Source of the DNA: Gammaproteobacteria bacterium
GTDB taxonomy: Bacteria; Pseudomonadota; Gammaproteobacteria; Steroidobacterales; JABDMI01
Direction: 5' to 3'
Assembly (NCBI GenBank): GCA_013001575.1
Contig: JABDMI010000071.1
Span: 1,171-65,170 of the forward strand
DNA: 64,000 bases
The notes under the pieces are model-generated. The model was not told the DNA's origin, ran no database searches, and saw nothing but the letters and a program-made list of their open reading frames with translations. The translations under genes were made by a program, and so were the position numbers. The stretch's first letter is position 1. Every line of letters starts with the position of its first letter. Of the stretch, positions 9,715-20,051 are shown piece by piece.

Positions 9715-12534
9715 TCAGGCGTAATGGCGCTGCTCACCATCACCATCAACATTGGTGATGCAGCGTTGGCATAATTCCGGATGCTCTGTGGATCGTCCTA
9801 CTTCTGGGCGTCGGTGCCAGCAACGAACGCATTTTTCAGCATCGGTCTTTTTAATCTCTACCTCAAGTTGCTCGCTGCCATTATTCAGTTCCGCGCCAGA
9901 GGTGATAAACACAAAGCGCAATTCGTCACCCAACTGCTCCAAGGCTTTATATTGCTCGCCATTCGCGTTTATGGTTATGTCGGCTTCCAGAGCCGAACCA
10001 ATCACACCGGCCGCGCGTTTTTCTTCGAGTGCTTTTGACACTGTGTCGCGAATATCCAGAATAGTGTCCCAATCCTGTTGGGTAGATTCAAGCTCAGGCA
10101 GCTTGTACCAGGTCTCAAGCAAGACCGATTCGCTGCTCGCACCCAATTCATGCATGGATGACCACACTTCTTCGGCAGTGAAGCTCAATATCGGGGCAAT
10201 CCACCTGACCAGCGCATGCGTAACGTGGTACATCGCGGTCTGGGCCGAACGCCGTGCCTGTGATTTAGTTTGTGTGGTGTATAAACGGTCTTTTAAGATA
10301 TCCAGATAAAAACCGCCAAGATCCTCGCTACAGAATTTATGCAGTTTTTGGTAAATATGGTGAAACTCATAGGTCTCGTAAGCCGTGGTCAATTCTGTGT
10401 GCAATTCACTGGAGCGTTTTAATATCCATTTATCCAATGAGAGCAATTCATCCAGGGCAACGGCATCCTTTTCAAAGTCGAAGCCATGCAAATTACCCAA
10501 CAAGAACCGAATGGTATTGCGAATGCGACGATACGAATCGGCAACACGTTTGAATATTTCATCCGATACCGTGATCTCGCCGCTGTAATCGGCTGACGCA
10601 ACCCATAAACGAATAATGTCAGCACCCAGGGTATTGGCCACTTTTTGTGGTGCGATCACATTACCCAGCGACTTGGACATTTTGCGCCCGTTCTCATCCA
10701 CGGTAAATCCGTGCGTGAGTACCGCTTTGTAAGGGGCCTGATCCTTCATCGCCATACTGGTGAGCAAAGAGGACTGGAACCAGCCACGATGTTGGTCAGA
10801 ACCTTCCAGATACAGATCGGCGATATGCGCTTCCAATCCATGAGTTTTGGTCACACTGTGATGCACAGTACCCGAGTCAAACCACACATCCATAATATCG
10901 GTCGTGCGTTCGTAATTGCCGGTCTCGGCACCCAGTAATTCTTTATCCAGCATCGCAAACCAGGCCTCGATACCACCCGTTTCAACGGCTTGGGCAACCT
11001 TTTCCAGGATGCCTTGGGTATCCGGATGCAACTCGCCGGTTTCATTATGCAGGTACAAGGGAATTGGCACGCCCCAGACGCGCTGGCGCGAGATACACCA
11101 GTCGGGACGACCTTCCACCATGCCATAAATACGCTGCTCACCCCATTCCGGGATCCATTGCACTTTGGGGATCTCTTCCAGGGTGCGTTGGCGCAAGCCG
11201 TTTTGTTCCATGCCCACAAACCATTGCGAGGTAGCACGGAAGATCACGGGCGATTTATGTCGCCAACAATGCGGATAGCTGTGTTCTATTTTTTCAAATT
11301 TAATCAACGCACCAGCATCTTTTAATGCGTCAATAATATTGTCGTTGGCTTTGTATATGTGTTGGCCGGCAAACATTTCGGTAGACGGCAAGTAAACGCC
11401 GTTACCCCCGACCGGATTTTCCAAAGGCAGGTCGTATTTGAGACCCATATTGAAATCGTCATGCCCGTGTCCGGGCGCGGTATGCACGGCACCGGTACCG
11501 GCTTCGGTCGTGACATGCTCACCTAGAATAATTGGCACCTGTCGGGATGCAAACAAGGGGTGTTGCAAAGTAATGTTCTCGAATTTGTCACCGCTTGCTT
11601 GCGCGACCTGCTCAATGGACTCGGCGCCAAAGCGGGCACACACATCCTCGACCATGTCTGTGGCGAGTAATAAATATTCTTTACCCGCATCAGTGGTTAC
11701 GGCTACCAGACTGTATTGTAATTCCGGGTGCAGGGTCACAGCCTGGTTGGCAGGAATGGTCCAGGGCGTGGTCGTCCAGATCGGAACCGAGATTTTGTCA
11801 CTGTCTACGGATTCTATTCCGAAAGCGGTCAGAAACTTTTCAGTGTCAAGCACCGGGAAACGCACATCAATACTGGGGGATACTTTATTTTCGTATTCCA
11901 CTTCGGCTTCAGCCAATGCGGATTGACAATCCAGACACCAATGCACCGGTTTAAAGCCCTTGTACACATGCCCGTTCTCGATGATCTTGCCAAGCGCCCG
12001 GATTTGCGCCGCCTCGAACTTTGGATCCATGGTCAGATAAGGGTTTTCCCAGTCCCCGAGCACGCCAAGGCGTTTAAAATCTTTGCGTTGTCCATCAATC
12101 TGTTTAGCCGCATACTCACGACAGGCTTTGCGAAACGCATTGGCGTCGAGCTTTTGCCCGGGCTTGCCGTGTTTTTTCTCGACTTCACGTTCGATGGGTA
12201 AACCGTGACAATCCCAGCCGGGAATGTACGGTGTATCGAACCCGTCGAGTGAGCGCGACTTGACGATGATATCTTTTAAGATCTTGTTGACGGCATGCCC
12301 GATGTGAATATTGCCATTGGCGTACGGCGGTCCGTCCGTGAAATAGAATTTCGGGCGCCCTTTGGACACTTCACGCATACGCGCGTAGATATTTTGCTCT
12401 TCCCAGGTTTGTAATTGCTTAGGTTCACGCTGGGCCAGATTGGCACGCATCGGAAAAGCGGTTTTGGGAAGATTGATGGTATCTTTGTAGTTCTTCCCGG
12501 ACGCTTGTGCGGGTTTTTTGTCGTCTTTACTCAC
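9715..12534 (-). CDS. ileS: Isoleucine--tRNA ligase
   Basis: 939 aa with class I HIGH (NGNIHIGH) and KMSKS motifs and a C-terminal Zn-finger Cys cluster. Confidence 0.97.
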   Translation of the reverse strand: MSKDDKKPAQASGKNYKDTINLPKTAFPMRANLAQREPKQLQTWEEQNIYARMREVSKGRPKFYFTDGPPYANGNIHIGHAVNKILKDIIVKSRSLDGFDTPYIPGWDCHGLPIEREVEKKHGKPGQKLDANAFRKACREYAAKQIDGQRKDFKRLGVLGDWENPYLTMDPKFEAAQIRALGKIIENGHVYKGFKPVHWCLDCQSALAEAEVEYENKVSPSIDVRFPVLDTEKFLTAFGIESVDSDKISVPIWTTTPWTIPANQAVTLHPELQYSLVAVTTDAGKEYLLLATDMVEDVCARFGAESIEQVAQASGDKFENITLQHPLFASRQVPIILGEHVTTEAGTGAVHTAPGHGHDDFNMGLKYDLPLENPVGGNGVYLPSTEMFAGQHIYKANDNIIDALKDAGALIKFEKIEHSYPHCWRHKSPVIFRATSQWFVGMEQNGLRQRTLEEIPKVQWIPEWGEQRIYGMVEGRPDWCISRQRVWGVPIPLYLHNETGELHPDTQGILEKVAQAVETGGIEAWFAMLDKELLGAETGNYERTTDIMDVWFDSGTVHHSVTKTHGLEAHIADLYLEGSDQHRGWFQSSLLTSMAMKDQAPYKAVLTHGFTVDENGRKMSKSLGNVIAPQKVANTLGADIIRLWVASADYSGEITVSDEIFKRVADSYRRIRNTIRFLLGNLHGFDFEKDAVALDELLSLDKWILKRSSELHTELTTAYETYEFHHIYQKLHKFCSEDLGGFYLDILKDRLYTTQTKSQARRSAQTAMYHVTHALVRWIAPILSFTAEEVWSSMHELGASSESVLLETWYKLPELESTQQDWDTILDIRDTVSKALEEKRAAGVIGSALEADITINANGEQYKALEQLGDELRFVFITSGAELNNGSEQLEVEIKKTDAEKCVRCWHRRPEVGRSTEHPELCQRCITNVDGDGEQRHYA

Positions 12535-12663
12535 TCGGTTTCCAGTCGTATCGGATTGATCAATTTTACGACCCGCTATTGTACGTGGTTTGGCCCGCTT
12601 TGACTGCGTAATTAGCCGCTTTTTAAGGGTAATCCTGATCTATTCGGTGCAGATTACTTCAAG

Positions 12664-13590
12664 CTAATGCTCAAAATATTCCCGGACTTGCTCCAGGTCA
12701 GCCTGCATTTGTTTTTTTAATGCGGCAAGATCAGCAAAATTTATTTCCGGTCGCAGGAAATGCAAAAATTCCACATCCACATGTTGCCCGTAAAAATCGC
12801 CGTCACGCTCAAGCAAATGCACTTCCAGGATCCAGTCAGAACCTTCCACCGCCGGGCGAGTTCCGATACTTGCAATGCCATTGACTGGGTCTTGTTCCAA
12901 ACCGTGTACTTGAACCGCGTAGATGCCATGCAAAGGGGAAATTTGCCGACTGACAGGAATATTTAGCGTGGGAAACCCGAGTTCGCGACCCAGTTTTTTC
13001 CCGTGCACCACGCGCCCGCTCATGTGATACGCGGAGCCCAACAAGCTGGATGCCAATTCCATATCGCCATCAGACAAGGCCGCACGAATCGCGGAACTGC
13101 TCACCCTTTGCGTGCCTTGTTTCAAAGTTTGGGTGTCTTCCACAATAAACCCGTGTTCTCTGCCTGCATCCTTCAAGTGTTCGAAATCCCCCTGACGTTG
13201 ATAGCCATAACGAAAATCATCCCCGATAACCACGTGTTGCACGCCGAGCGCATCGACCAGGATTTGTTTGACAAAATCATTCGCCGATAAACTGGATAAC
13301 TCGCGGTCAAACTTCAATTGCACCAGGCCTTCGCAGCCGGTTTGTTTAATGGCTAAAAAGCGATCCCGCCATCGCATTAATCTGGCCGGCGCCTGATCAC
13401 CCATAAAATATTCTTTGGGGGTGGGCTCAAATACCATAACCAGGGAATGCAGATGCTTGAGTTTGGCCACCTGCAATACGCGTTCGATCACCCGCTGATG
13501 GCCCAGATGCACGCCATCATAATTTCCAATGGTTAAAACACTACCGGAAAGTTCCTTGGGGAAATTTTTGTATGAACGGATTAATCGCAA
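12664..13590 (-). CDS. ribF: Bifunctional riboflavin kinase / FMN adenylyltransferase
   Basis: 308 aa, GNYDGVHLGHQ nucleotidyltransferase motif and a C-terminal riboflavin kinase domain (GFPTLN); ribF-ileS-lspA synteny. Confidence 0.95.
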   Translation of the reverse strand: MRLIRSYKNFPKELSGSVLTIGNYDGVHLGHQRVIERVLQVAKLKHLHSLVMVFEPTPKEYFMGDQAPARLMRWRDRFLAIKQTGCEGLVQLKFDRELSSLSANDFVKQILVDALGVQHVVIGDDFRYGYQRQGDFEHLKDAGREHGFIVEDTQTLKQGTQRVSSSAIRAALSDGDMELASSLLGSAYHMSGRVVHGKKLGRELGFPTLNIPVSRQISPLHGIYAVQVHGLEQDPVNGIASIGTRPAVEGSDWILEVHLLERDGDFYGQHVDVEFLHFLRPEINFADLAALKKQMQADLEQVREYFEH

Positions 13591-13608
13591 AACGGGCTCG
13601 ATTTCTAA

Positions 13609-15165
13609 TTAGTGTTGTAAAAAATGACCTGGACGAATGCCCATAATAAACAAACTGGCAAAATAACATAGCACCCCGGCCCCGATCACCGTAGCCAGAC
13701 GTGATATTCGGCTCAAAGCCCCGGCGCTGGCCCAGGAATCGAGACTGCCAGCCAGGAATGTAATTAACAGACCCATCAGTACACAGGCAAGAACAACTTT
13801 CGCCAAATACAGCCACCAGCCTTTTTGCGGTGTATAAATTCCTCTTTTGCGTAAGCCGCGATACAGTAATACCGCATTCACAAAGGCTCCCAGGGACGTG
13901 GCCGCCGCCAAACCCGCGTGTGGCGCGGTTGTCCATTTACCAGTTAAAAACAAACTCAGCACAATTACATTCAGGCTGATGTTTACCACAATAGCGACAA
14001 TACCGATCTTCACCGGTGTCACCGTATCTTGTCTTGAGAAATACCCCGGTACCAATACTTTGACCAAGACAAAGCCGAACAAACCAAGACCATAAGCCCA
14101 CAAACTGTAACGCGCCATACGCATGTCATAAGTGGTGAATTCGCCGTACTGGAACAAGGTGGCCAGCATGGGTCCCGCCAAACACAATAAACCGACCGCG
14201 GCGGGTAAACAGATTACAAAGGCCATACGCAGCGACCAGTCCAGGGTACGGGAAAATTCCTGCGTGGAATTTGACGAAAACTGGCTCGACAATCTTGGTA
14301 AGGCTACCGTTGCTATGGCAATACCAAAGATCCCCAAAGGAAATTCCATGAGTCGATTTGAATAAAATAACCAACTGATACTTCCAGTTGCCAACAAGGA
14401 GGCGATTGCTGTATCAATGATCAAATTGAGTTGGGCGACGGAAGATCCAAAGATTCCGGGAATCATCAAGCGAAAGATCTTTCGAACTCCGCTGTCTTTC
14501 CAACCCCATTTTGGCCTGGGCAATAAACGTAATTGACGTAAGAATGGAAATTGGAATACCAACTGCACGATCCCGGCGAGAAAAACCCCAATGGCGATGG
14601 CGTAAACCGGGGTCTCGAATTGTGGCGAGATGTATAGAACAAACCCGATCAAAATCAGATTTAATAGTATCGGGGTAAAGGCCGGTACGGCAAAGCGGTT
14701 ATAGGTATTCAGAATTCCGGCAGCCAATGCGGTTAGGGAAATGAATAACAGATAAGGAAACATCCAGCGCAACATGCGGATCGAGAGTTCCCATTTTTCC
14801 GGCTCGTCGTAAAATCCGGGCGCGAAAAGCAAAATAAACACCGGAGCCGCTAACACTCCGAGCAAGGACACGATAAAAAGAATGAACCCCAGGGTGCCGG
14901 AGGTTTTGTCGACCAGGTCTTTTACCGCGGCATGGTCTTGTTTTTCCTTATACTCATTCAACACCGGAACAAAGGACTGTAAAAAGGCGCCTTCCCCAAA
15001 TAATCGGCGGAAATAATTCGGGATCGAGAATGTCACTTTGAACACATCCATCATGTAAGTCGCGCCAAAAAAGCGCGCGAACAGCACATCCCTGACCAGT
15101 CCCAGGATGCGAGAGATGAAGGTCCATCCGCCAAATACGGAGGCTGATTTGAGTAATTTAGGCAT
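13609..15165 (-). CDS. murJ: Lipid II flippase MurJ (MviN)
   Basis: 518 aa polytopic membrane protein with the MurJ N-terminus (SRILGLVRDVLFARFFGA); adjacent to and divergent from rpsT, as in many gammaproteobacteria. Confidence 0.9.
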   Translation of the reverse strand: MPKLLKSASVFGGWTFISRILGLVRDVLFARFFGATYMMDVFKVTFSIPNYFRRLFGEGAFLQSFVPVLNEYKEKQDHAAVKDLVDKTSGTLGFILFIVSLLGVLAAPVFILLFAPGFYDEPEKWELSIRMLRWMFPYLLFISLTALAAGILNTYNRFAVPAFTPILLNLILIGFVLYISPQFETPVYAIAIGVFLAGIVQLVFQFPFLRQLRLLPRPKWGWKDSGVRKIFRLMIPGIFGSSVAQLNLIIDTAIASLLATGSISWLFYSNRLMEFPLGIFGIAIATVALPRLSSQFSSNSTQEFSRTLDWSLRMAFVICLPAAVGLLCLAGPMLATLFQYGEFTTYDMRMARYSLWAYGLGLFGFVLVKVLVPGYFSRQDTVTPVKIGIVAIVVNISLNVIVLSLFLTGKWTTAPHAGLAAATSLGAFVNAVLLYRGLRKRGIYTPQKGWWLYLAKVVLACVLMGLLITFLAGSLDSWASAGALSRISRLATVIGAGVLCYFASLFIMGIRPGHFLQH

Positions 15166-15304
15166 AGCGTTTTTTAGTTGCCGATTATAGCCGCATAAGT
15201 CCTTGTTTTAATTGATTTTTAACCTTGAGCTGATTTGCGCCGCTAATTAAGCCCGTATTTTCGATCAATCCTATCGATTATTTGAGATTACTCGCCACTA
15301 GCGG

Positions 15305-15333
15305 TTGATTTCCAAGCGCATTTTACGCATAAT
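15305..15333 (+). promoter_or_regulatory. Candidate sigma70 promoter for rpsT
   Basis: TTGATT (15305-15310), 17-nt spacer, CATAAT (15328-15333), about 80 nt upstream of the rpsT GTG. A 7-bp inverted repeat GCGCATT/AATGCGC overlaps the spacer and -10. Confidence 0.4.
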
Positions 15334-15415
15334 GCGCGGCTATTTTATGAGATTTGTGTGATGTTTAGGTGTTACAGCAGATCTGCAAACACTCGAACAC
15401 TCCCAGGAGCAATTT

Positions 15416-15676
15416 GTGGCAAATATTAAATCAGCAAAAAAACGCGCGATCACTTCAGAAAAACGTCGCATACGTAACGTAAATCTGCGTTCACGTTTCC
15501 GTACCGCATTAAAGAAAGTCGTCAGCCTGATCGACGCCGGCAATAAAGCCGAAGCCAAAGTTGCGTATGACGAAGCCGCCCCGTTGATCGATGGCGCAGT
15601 CACCAAAGGGCTTATTCACAAGAATAAAGCGGCCCGTCATAAAAGCCGTTTAAATACCAAGATCAAAGCTCTGTAA
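15416..15676 (+). CDS. rpsT: 30S ribosomal protein S20
   Basis: MANIKSAKKRA... is canonical S20; GTG start. Confidence 0.95.
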   Translation: MANIKSAKKRAITSEKRRIRNVNLRSRFRTALKKVVSLIDAGNKAEAKVAYDEAAPLIDGAVTKGLIHKNKAARHKSRLNTKIKAL

Positions 15677-15702
15677 TTTTTTAAATTCAGTGCAATTCAA
15701 AA

Positions 15703-15727
15703 GACCGGCTTATTGCCGGTTTTTTTG
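15703..15727 (+). terminator. Rho-independent terminator after rpsT
   Basis: Hairpin GACCGGC-TTATT-GCCGGTT followed by a T run (15720-15727). Confidence 0.8.
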
Positions 15728-15782
15728 TGCCCGAATTTTTTATACAAACATCCATTAGAGCAAATTATTTTATAATCGCCCG

Positions 15783-16940
15783 ATGAAAAAACTCCTCGCC
15801 GTTTTACTCATCGCTGTCATTGCATTCCTGTCAATCCTGGTCGCAACAGACCGTGCGTATTTAATCACTGCAGCTCGCACCATCTGGTTACGTGGACAAA
15901 CCGACGCGGGCATTCACGATTTCACCGTACAACCCTTGCGCGCCATTGAAGCCGGAGAACCTCAACCTTGGCCAAAACACAAAAACTATAACCGGGTGCC
16001 ATTGTCCGAGGAAATTCTAGAACATCATCAAACCTACCAAAGTACAGCATTCTTGATCGCCAAAGACGGAGAGCTGATCTCTGAACATTATTTCAATGGC
16101 AGTCATGCCGAAGATGTCTCGAGTATCTGGTCGATCAGCAAATCATTTATCACCTTTGCAATTCTCAAGGCCATTCAAGATGGCCTGATCGACAACATCA
16201 ATGACCCGGTTAAAAAATACATCCCCGAATGGCCGGTCGAACAAAGCCCTACCCTGACCTTACATCACCTGGGTTCAATGTCGGCCGGATTGTATTGGAA
16301 AGAGATGGACCATTCGCCGTTTTCCCTGATCGCCAAATTCACCTTCCATGATGATATTTCCCGCTTGTCAGTACACGAATTACCGGCGACAGGAGTACCG
16401 GGCGACATTCAGCATTACAACTCCGGAGGTACACAGTTACTGGGTACGACTCTGGCACGGGTATTGAATGGCAAGACTATTTCGGACTACATTTCAGAGT
16501 CGTTCTGGAAGCCTCTGGGTATGCAGCAAGACGGCTATTATGTTCTGGATAAAAAGGGTGGTAATGAACGCGTGTTTGGCGGCATAGTTGCTGCGGCAAA
16601 AGACGTCGCGAAATTTGGTCAATTATTCTTGAACGAAGGTCAATGGAATGGAAACAGGATATTGGCTAAACAACATATCGATATGATCAAACAGATGCCG
16701 TACAACAACAAGACCTATGGATACGGCATTTGGGTAGGCGAATATAACGGGGATCCTGTGTATAACATGCAAGGATTTTTAGGGCAGTTTAATATCATTT
16801 ACCCCAAAGAAAATTTACTCATTACCCGTCTTGGGCACCAAATGCTGATGAAGGAAGACCTGGAATCATCTCACCCGCAGGTTGATATTTTGTTGCAAGA
16901 AGCGCTAAGAATCGTCGCTGAAAACGAGAAAATGGACTAG
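15783..16940 (+). CDS. Membrane-anchored serine hydrolase (beta-lactamase/transpeptidase-like family)
   Basis: N-terminal TM helix. SxxK motif (SISK) and a YNSGG motif typical of class C beta-lactamase-like esterases. Confidence 0.75.
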   Translation: MKKLLAVLLIAVIAFLSILVATDRAYLITAARTIWLRGQTDAGIHDFTVQPLRAIEAGEPQPWPKHKNYNRVPLSEEILEHHQTYQSTAFLIAKDGELISEHYFNGSHAEDVSSIWSISKSFITFAILKAIQDGLIDNINDPVKKYIPEWPVEQSPTLTLHHLGSMSAGLYWKEMDHSPFSLIAKFTFHDDISRLSVHELPATGVPGDIQHYNSGGTQLLGTTLARVLNGKTISDYISESFWKPLGMQQDGYYVLDKKGGNERVFGGIVAAAKDVAKFGQLFLNEGQWNGNRILAKQHIDMIKQMPYNNKTYGYGIWVGEYNGDPVYNMQGFLGQFNIIYPKENLLITRLGHQMLMKEDLESSHPQVDILLQEALRIVAENEKMD

Positions 16941-17959
16941 ACGTCTGCTTCGATTCCTTCCATGTAATCCATGACCGCGTATTTCAATTCATCCAGGTTC
17001 TGTTTTGCCAGGGCAGAAATATAAAACACCCGGTGTTCGCCATCAAAGGCATCCAACACGGACTGAGCGCGCGCTTTGAATGTTTCCTCATCGACCATGT
17101 CTTGTTTGTTAAACACAAACCAGCGCTGTTTTTCCATGAGTTCGTCAGAATACTTTTCCAACTCTTTCACCAATGCGACAGCTTCGGCAGCGATATCGAT
17201 GTCTTCTGTTAATGGCGCGAGATCGATCACATGCAGCAATAAACGTGTACGTTCCAGATGTTTTAAGAATTGATGTCCGAGTCCGGCACCATCCGCGGCG
17301 CCTTCGATCAATCCGGGAATATCGGCCATCACAAAGGCACGCGAATCATCGACGCGCACCACACCCAGGTTGGGAATCAAGGTGGTAAAAGGATAATCCG
17401 CAACTTTGGGCTTGGCCGCTGACATAGAACGGATCAGGGTGGATTTTCCCGCATTCGGATAACCGAGCAGGCCTACATCCGCGAGAACTTTTAGTTCAAG
17501 ACGCAATTTGCGTTTTTCGCCCGCTGTTCCCGGCGTGGTTTTCTTGGGCGCCCGGTTGACCGAACTTTTGAAGCGCACATTTCCCAGACCGCCGGTGCCG
17601 CCCTGAGCGACCAGCAGTTTCTGGTCATGCTCGGTGATATCCCCGATCAACTCATCGGTATCATCGTCATACACATAGGTCCCGACCGGCACCACGATCT
17701 CAAGGTCTTCGCCTGAGCGTCCTGTGCAATTACGTCCGCTACCATTCACGCCCGGTTTCGCACGATACTTGCGACCTACTCGAAAGTCGGCCAGGGTATT
17801 CATTCCGGAATCCGCAATAAGGTATACGCTGCCGCCACGGCCGCCATCGCCGCCGTCCGGTCCACCGTATTCGATATACTTTTCACGTCGGAAACTGGCG
17901 CTACCATCGCCGCCCTTACCGGCCGCGACCCAGATTGATGCTTCATCTACGAATTTCAT
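16937..17959 (-). CDS. obg: GTPase ObgE/CgtA
   Basis: N-terminal Obg fold with glycine-rich repeats ([25 protein letters not shown]), G domain motifs GYPNAGKS and DIPGLIEGA. Confidence 0.95.
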   Translation of the reverse strand: MKFVDEASIWVAAGKGGDGSASFRREKYIEYGGPDGGDGGRGGSVYLIADSGMNTLADFRVGRKYRAKPGVNGSGRNCTGRSGEDLEIVVPVGTYVYDDDTDELIGDITEHDQKLLVAQGGTGGLGNVRFKSSVNRAPKKTTPGTAGEKRKLRLELKVLADVGLLGYPNAGKSTLIRSMSAAKPKVADYPFTTLIPNLGVVRVDDSRAFVMADIPGLIEGAADGAGLGHQFLKHLERTRLLLHVIDLAPLTEDIDIAAEAVALVKELEKYSDELMEKQRWFVFNKQDMVDEETFKARAQSVLDAFDGEHRVFYISALAKQNLDELKYAVMDYMEGIEADV

Positions 17960-18001
17960 GATTTCAGTATATATCGTTAAGTTTTATATTTTTAATAACA
18001 C

Positions 18002-18080
18002 GTAGGATGGGCAAAGCATGCGTGCCCATCAAACATTTCGAGTTTTTGTAATGGACGCACTGCGTATTGCCCTTCCTAGA
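18002..18080. repeat. REP-like extragenic palindromic element pair
   Basis: Perfect 8-bp stem GATGGGCA (18006-18013) / TGCCCATC (18023-18030). A diverged second copy sits in inverted orientation at 18051-18079 (reverse complement CTAGGAAGGGCAATACGCAGTGCGTCCAT versus GTAGGATGGGCAAAGCATGCGTGCCCAT). Confidence 0.5.
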
Positions 18081-18108
18081 CAAAAATTTCAATTATAAAA
18101 AATGCCAT

Positions 18109-18133
18109 AAAAAAAGCCCCGACTGGCGGAGCT
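18109..18133 (-). terminator. Rho-independent terminator after rpmA
   Basis: On the minus strand: AGCTCCG-CCAGT-CGGGGCT hairpin followed by TTTTTTT. Confidence 0.7.
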
Positions 18134-18158
18134 TTCAGAACCTGCATTTCGATTTAGC

Positions 18159-18416
18159 TTAGTGCGCTACGATCGAAACAAACTTGCGATTCTTGGGACC
18201 CTTCACTTCAAATTTCACTTTACCGTCCGCTTTGGCGTAGATAGTGTGATCACGACCGAGACCGGTATTGGTACCCGCGTGGAATTTTGTACCACGTTGA
18301 CGCACGATGATATTTCCGGCCAACACATCTTCACCACCGTAGCGTTTTACACCAAGGCGTTTACTTTCTGAATCGCGACCGTTATTAGTACTACCGCCTG
18401 CTTTCTTATGAGCCAT
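18159..18416 (-). CDS. rpmA: 50S ribosomal protein L27
   Basis: [24 protein letters not shown]... is canonical L27. Confidence 0.97.
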   Translation of the reverse strand: MAHKKAGGSTNNGRDSESKRLGVKRYGGEDVLAGNIIVRQRGTKFHAGTNTGLGRDHTIYAKADGKVKFEVKGPKNRKFVSIVAH

Positions 18417-18457
18417 ATTACTCTCCTAAAACTTTAAACTTGTCTGTGAATCGAGAC

Positions 18458-18769
18458 TCAGGCTGAAATGCCGGTGATCTCAACTTCAGTGAATGATTGA
18501 CGATGACCCATTTGCTTGCGTGAGTGCTTACGACGGCGGAACTTGACCACACGGATCTTCTTAGCACGACCCTGCTCGAGTACTTTAGCGGCAACTTTGC
18601 TGCCTTCGAGCATCGGAGTACCGATCTTGACGTCAGCGCCTTCGCCTACCATCAAGACTTGATCGAATTCAATCGCGTCGCCAACGGCAACATCCAGTTT
18701 TTCAACGCGCAATTTATCGCCTTCACTGACACGATACTGCTTGCCGCCTGTTTTGATTACTGCGTACAT
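18458..18769 (-). CDS. rplU: 50S ribosomal protein L21
   Basis: [18 protein letters not shown]... is canonical L21. Confidence 0.97.
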   Translation of the reverse strand: MYAVIKTGGKQYRVSEGDKLRVEKLDVAVGDAIEFDQVLMVGEGADVKIGTPMLEGSKVAAKVLEQGRAKKIRVVKFRRRKHSRKQMGHRQSFTEVEITGISA

Positions 18770-18865
18770 TATTCTTTACTCTTCAATGACTTAGCTTGAT
18801 TTAACAAGTGATGAACGCCGCCCGGAATAGCTTGAGATCTATCCAAGGGCCGGCAAAGAGCGAGA

Positions 18866-18894
18866 ATTCTACTGATTAATGCCAGTGCGGTCAA
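18866..18894 (-). promoter_or_regulatory. Candidate sigma70 promoter for rplU-rpmA
   Basis: Minus strand TTGACC (18889-18894), 17-nt spacer, TAGAAT (18866-18871), with an A/T-rich tract upstream. Confidence 0.5.
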
Positions 18895-18970
18895 TCAAAA
18901 ATGACGAATATTTACTGAAATACTCTTAAGCTCTGGCAAGGAATTTTCCTTAAAAATCAAGCCATTTGCA

Positions 18971-18998
18971 TTGACAGCGCATACGGCTCTGTTAGCAT
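18971..18998 (+). promoter_or_regulatory. Candidate sigma70 promoter for ispB
   Basis: TTGACA (18971-18976), 16-nt spacer, TAGCAT (18993-18998); divergent from the rplU promoter. Confidence 0.3.
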
Positions 18999-19068
18999 GC
19001 CGCCAGTAGAGCGTAAATTCCAGTTTTAGCTTAAGGACTGACAATAAAAACACCTATCAGGAAACCCA

Positions 19069-20043
19069 TTGAACACGGCCATCGATAAGGCGGTTAATCT
19101 TGTAGCCCAGGATTTTCAAGCCGTCAACAAGCTCATCACCGCACAACTGCAATCGGATGTGGTGCTGATCAACCAGATCTCGCAACACATTATCCACAGT
19201 GGTGGCAAACGCTTGCGCCCTCTATTGGTCTTATTGGCTGCCCACGCCAGCGGTTATCAGGGTAAAGATCACATCGCTGCTGCAGCGATCATTGAATTCA
19301 TTCACACCGCCACTCTGCTGCATGATGATGTGGTGGACGATTCCGAATTACGGCGTGGTTCACCAACGGCGAATAATCTGTTTGGCAATGCCGCGAGTGT
19401 ACTGGTCGGTGACTTTTTGTATTCGCGCAGTTTCCAAATGATGGTCGAACTCAACAATCTGGAAATCCTGGATATCCTCGCTGATGCAACCAATCGCATC
19501 GCCGAAGGTGAAGTGTTGCAACTGTTGAATATCCAGAACGCCGAAACCACAGAAGCGGAATACTTTGCGGTGATCGATCGTAAAACGGCCACCTTGTTTG
19601 CCGCCGGTATGGAAATCGCCGGTATATTGTCAGAGACCGATAAAAACACAGGTCAGGCATTAGCCGCCTATGGTTCACATTTAGGCTTTGCTTTTCAGTT
19701 AGTCGATGATTTGCTGGATTATCAGGCCGATGCCAATGAACTGGGTAAATCGTTAGGTGATGACCTGGCCGAAGGTAAACCGACATTGCCTCTTATTCGG
19801 GCATTGCAGTTCAGTAAAGGTGATGACAAAAAGATCATCCAGGACGCCATCGAAGTGAGCAGTAAGGATTATCTGGAAGAGGTATTAAGAGTCATTGCCA
19901 AAAGCGACGCCTTACAATACACCGAAAACCAGGCCTTTGCTCAAGCCGATAAAGCCAAAGCGGCAATACAAGACTTGCCGGATTCCGATCACAAAAAATG
20001 TTTACTTGCTCTGGCTGACTTTGCCGTCAAGCGGGATTCTTGA
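19069..20043 (+). CDS. ispB: Octaprenyl-diphosphate synthase (long-chain polyprenyl diphosphate synthase)
   Basis: DDxxD motifs (LLHDDVVDD, LVDDLLD); divergent from rplU as in E. coli; TTG start. Confidence 0.9.
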   Translation: MNTAIDKAVNLVAQDFQAVNKLITAQLQSDVVLINQISQHIIHSGGKRLRPLLVLLAAHASGYQGKDHIAAAAIIEFIHTATLLHDDVVDDSELRRGSPTANNLFGNAASVLVGDFLYSRSFQMMVELNNLEILDILADATNRIAEGEVLQLLNIQNAETTEAEYFAVIDRKTATLFAAGMEIAGILSETDKNTGQALAAYGSHLGFAFQLVDDLLDYQADANELGKSLGDDLAEGKPTLPLIRALQFSKGDDKKIIQDAIEVSSKDYLEEVLRVIAKSDALQYTENQAFAQADKAKAAIQDLPDSDHKKCLLALADFAVKRDS

Positions 20044-20051
20044 AGAGCGCT

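Noticed and set aside
9752-10309. 185-aa plus-strand ORF antisense to ileS
   Set aside because: It lies wholly within the conserved ileS gene on the other strand. The S/C-rich translation has no recognisable domain.
13541-13936. 131-aa minus-strand ORF overlapping the murJ 3' end and ribF 5' end
   Set aside because: It is an alternative frame of murJ and bridges the intergenic gap. Both murJ and ribF are far better supported.
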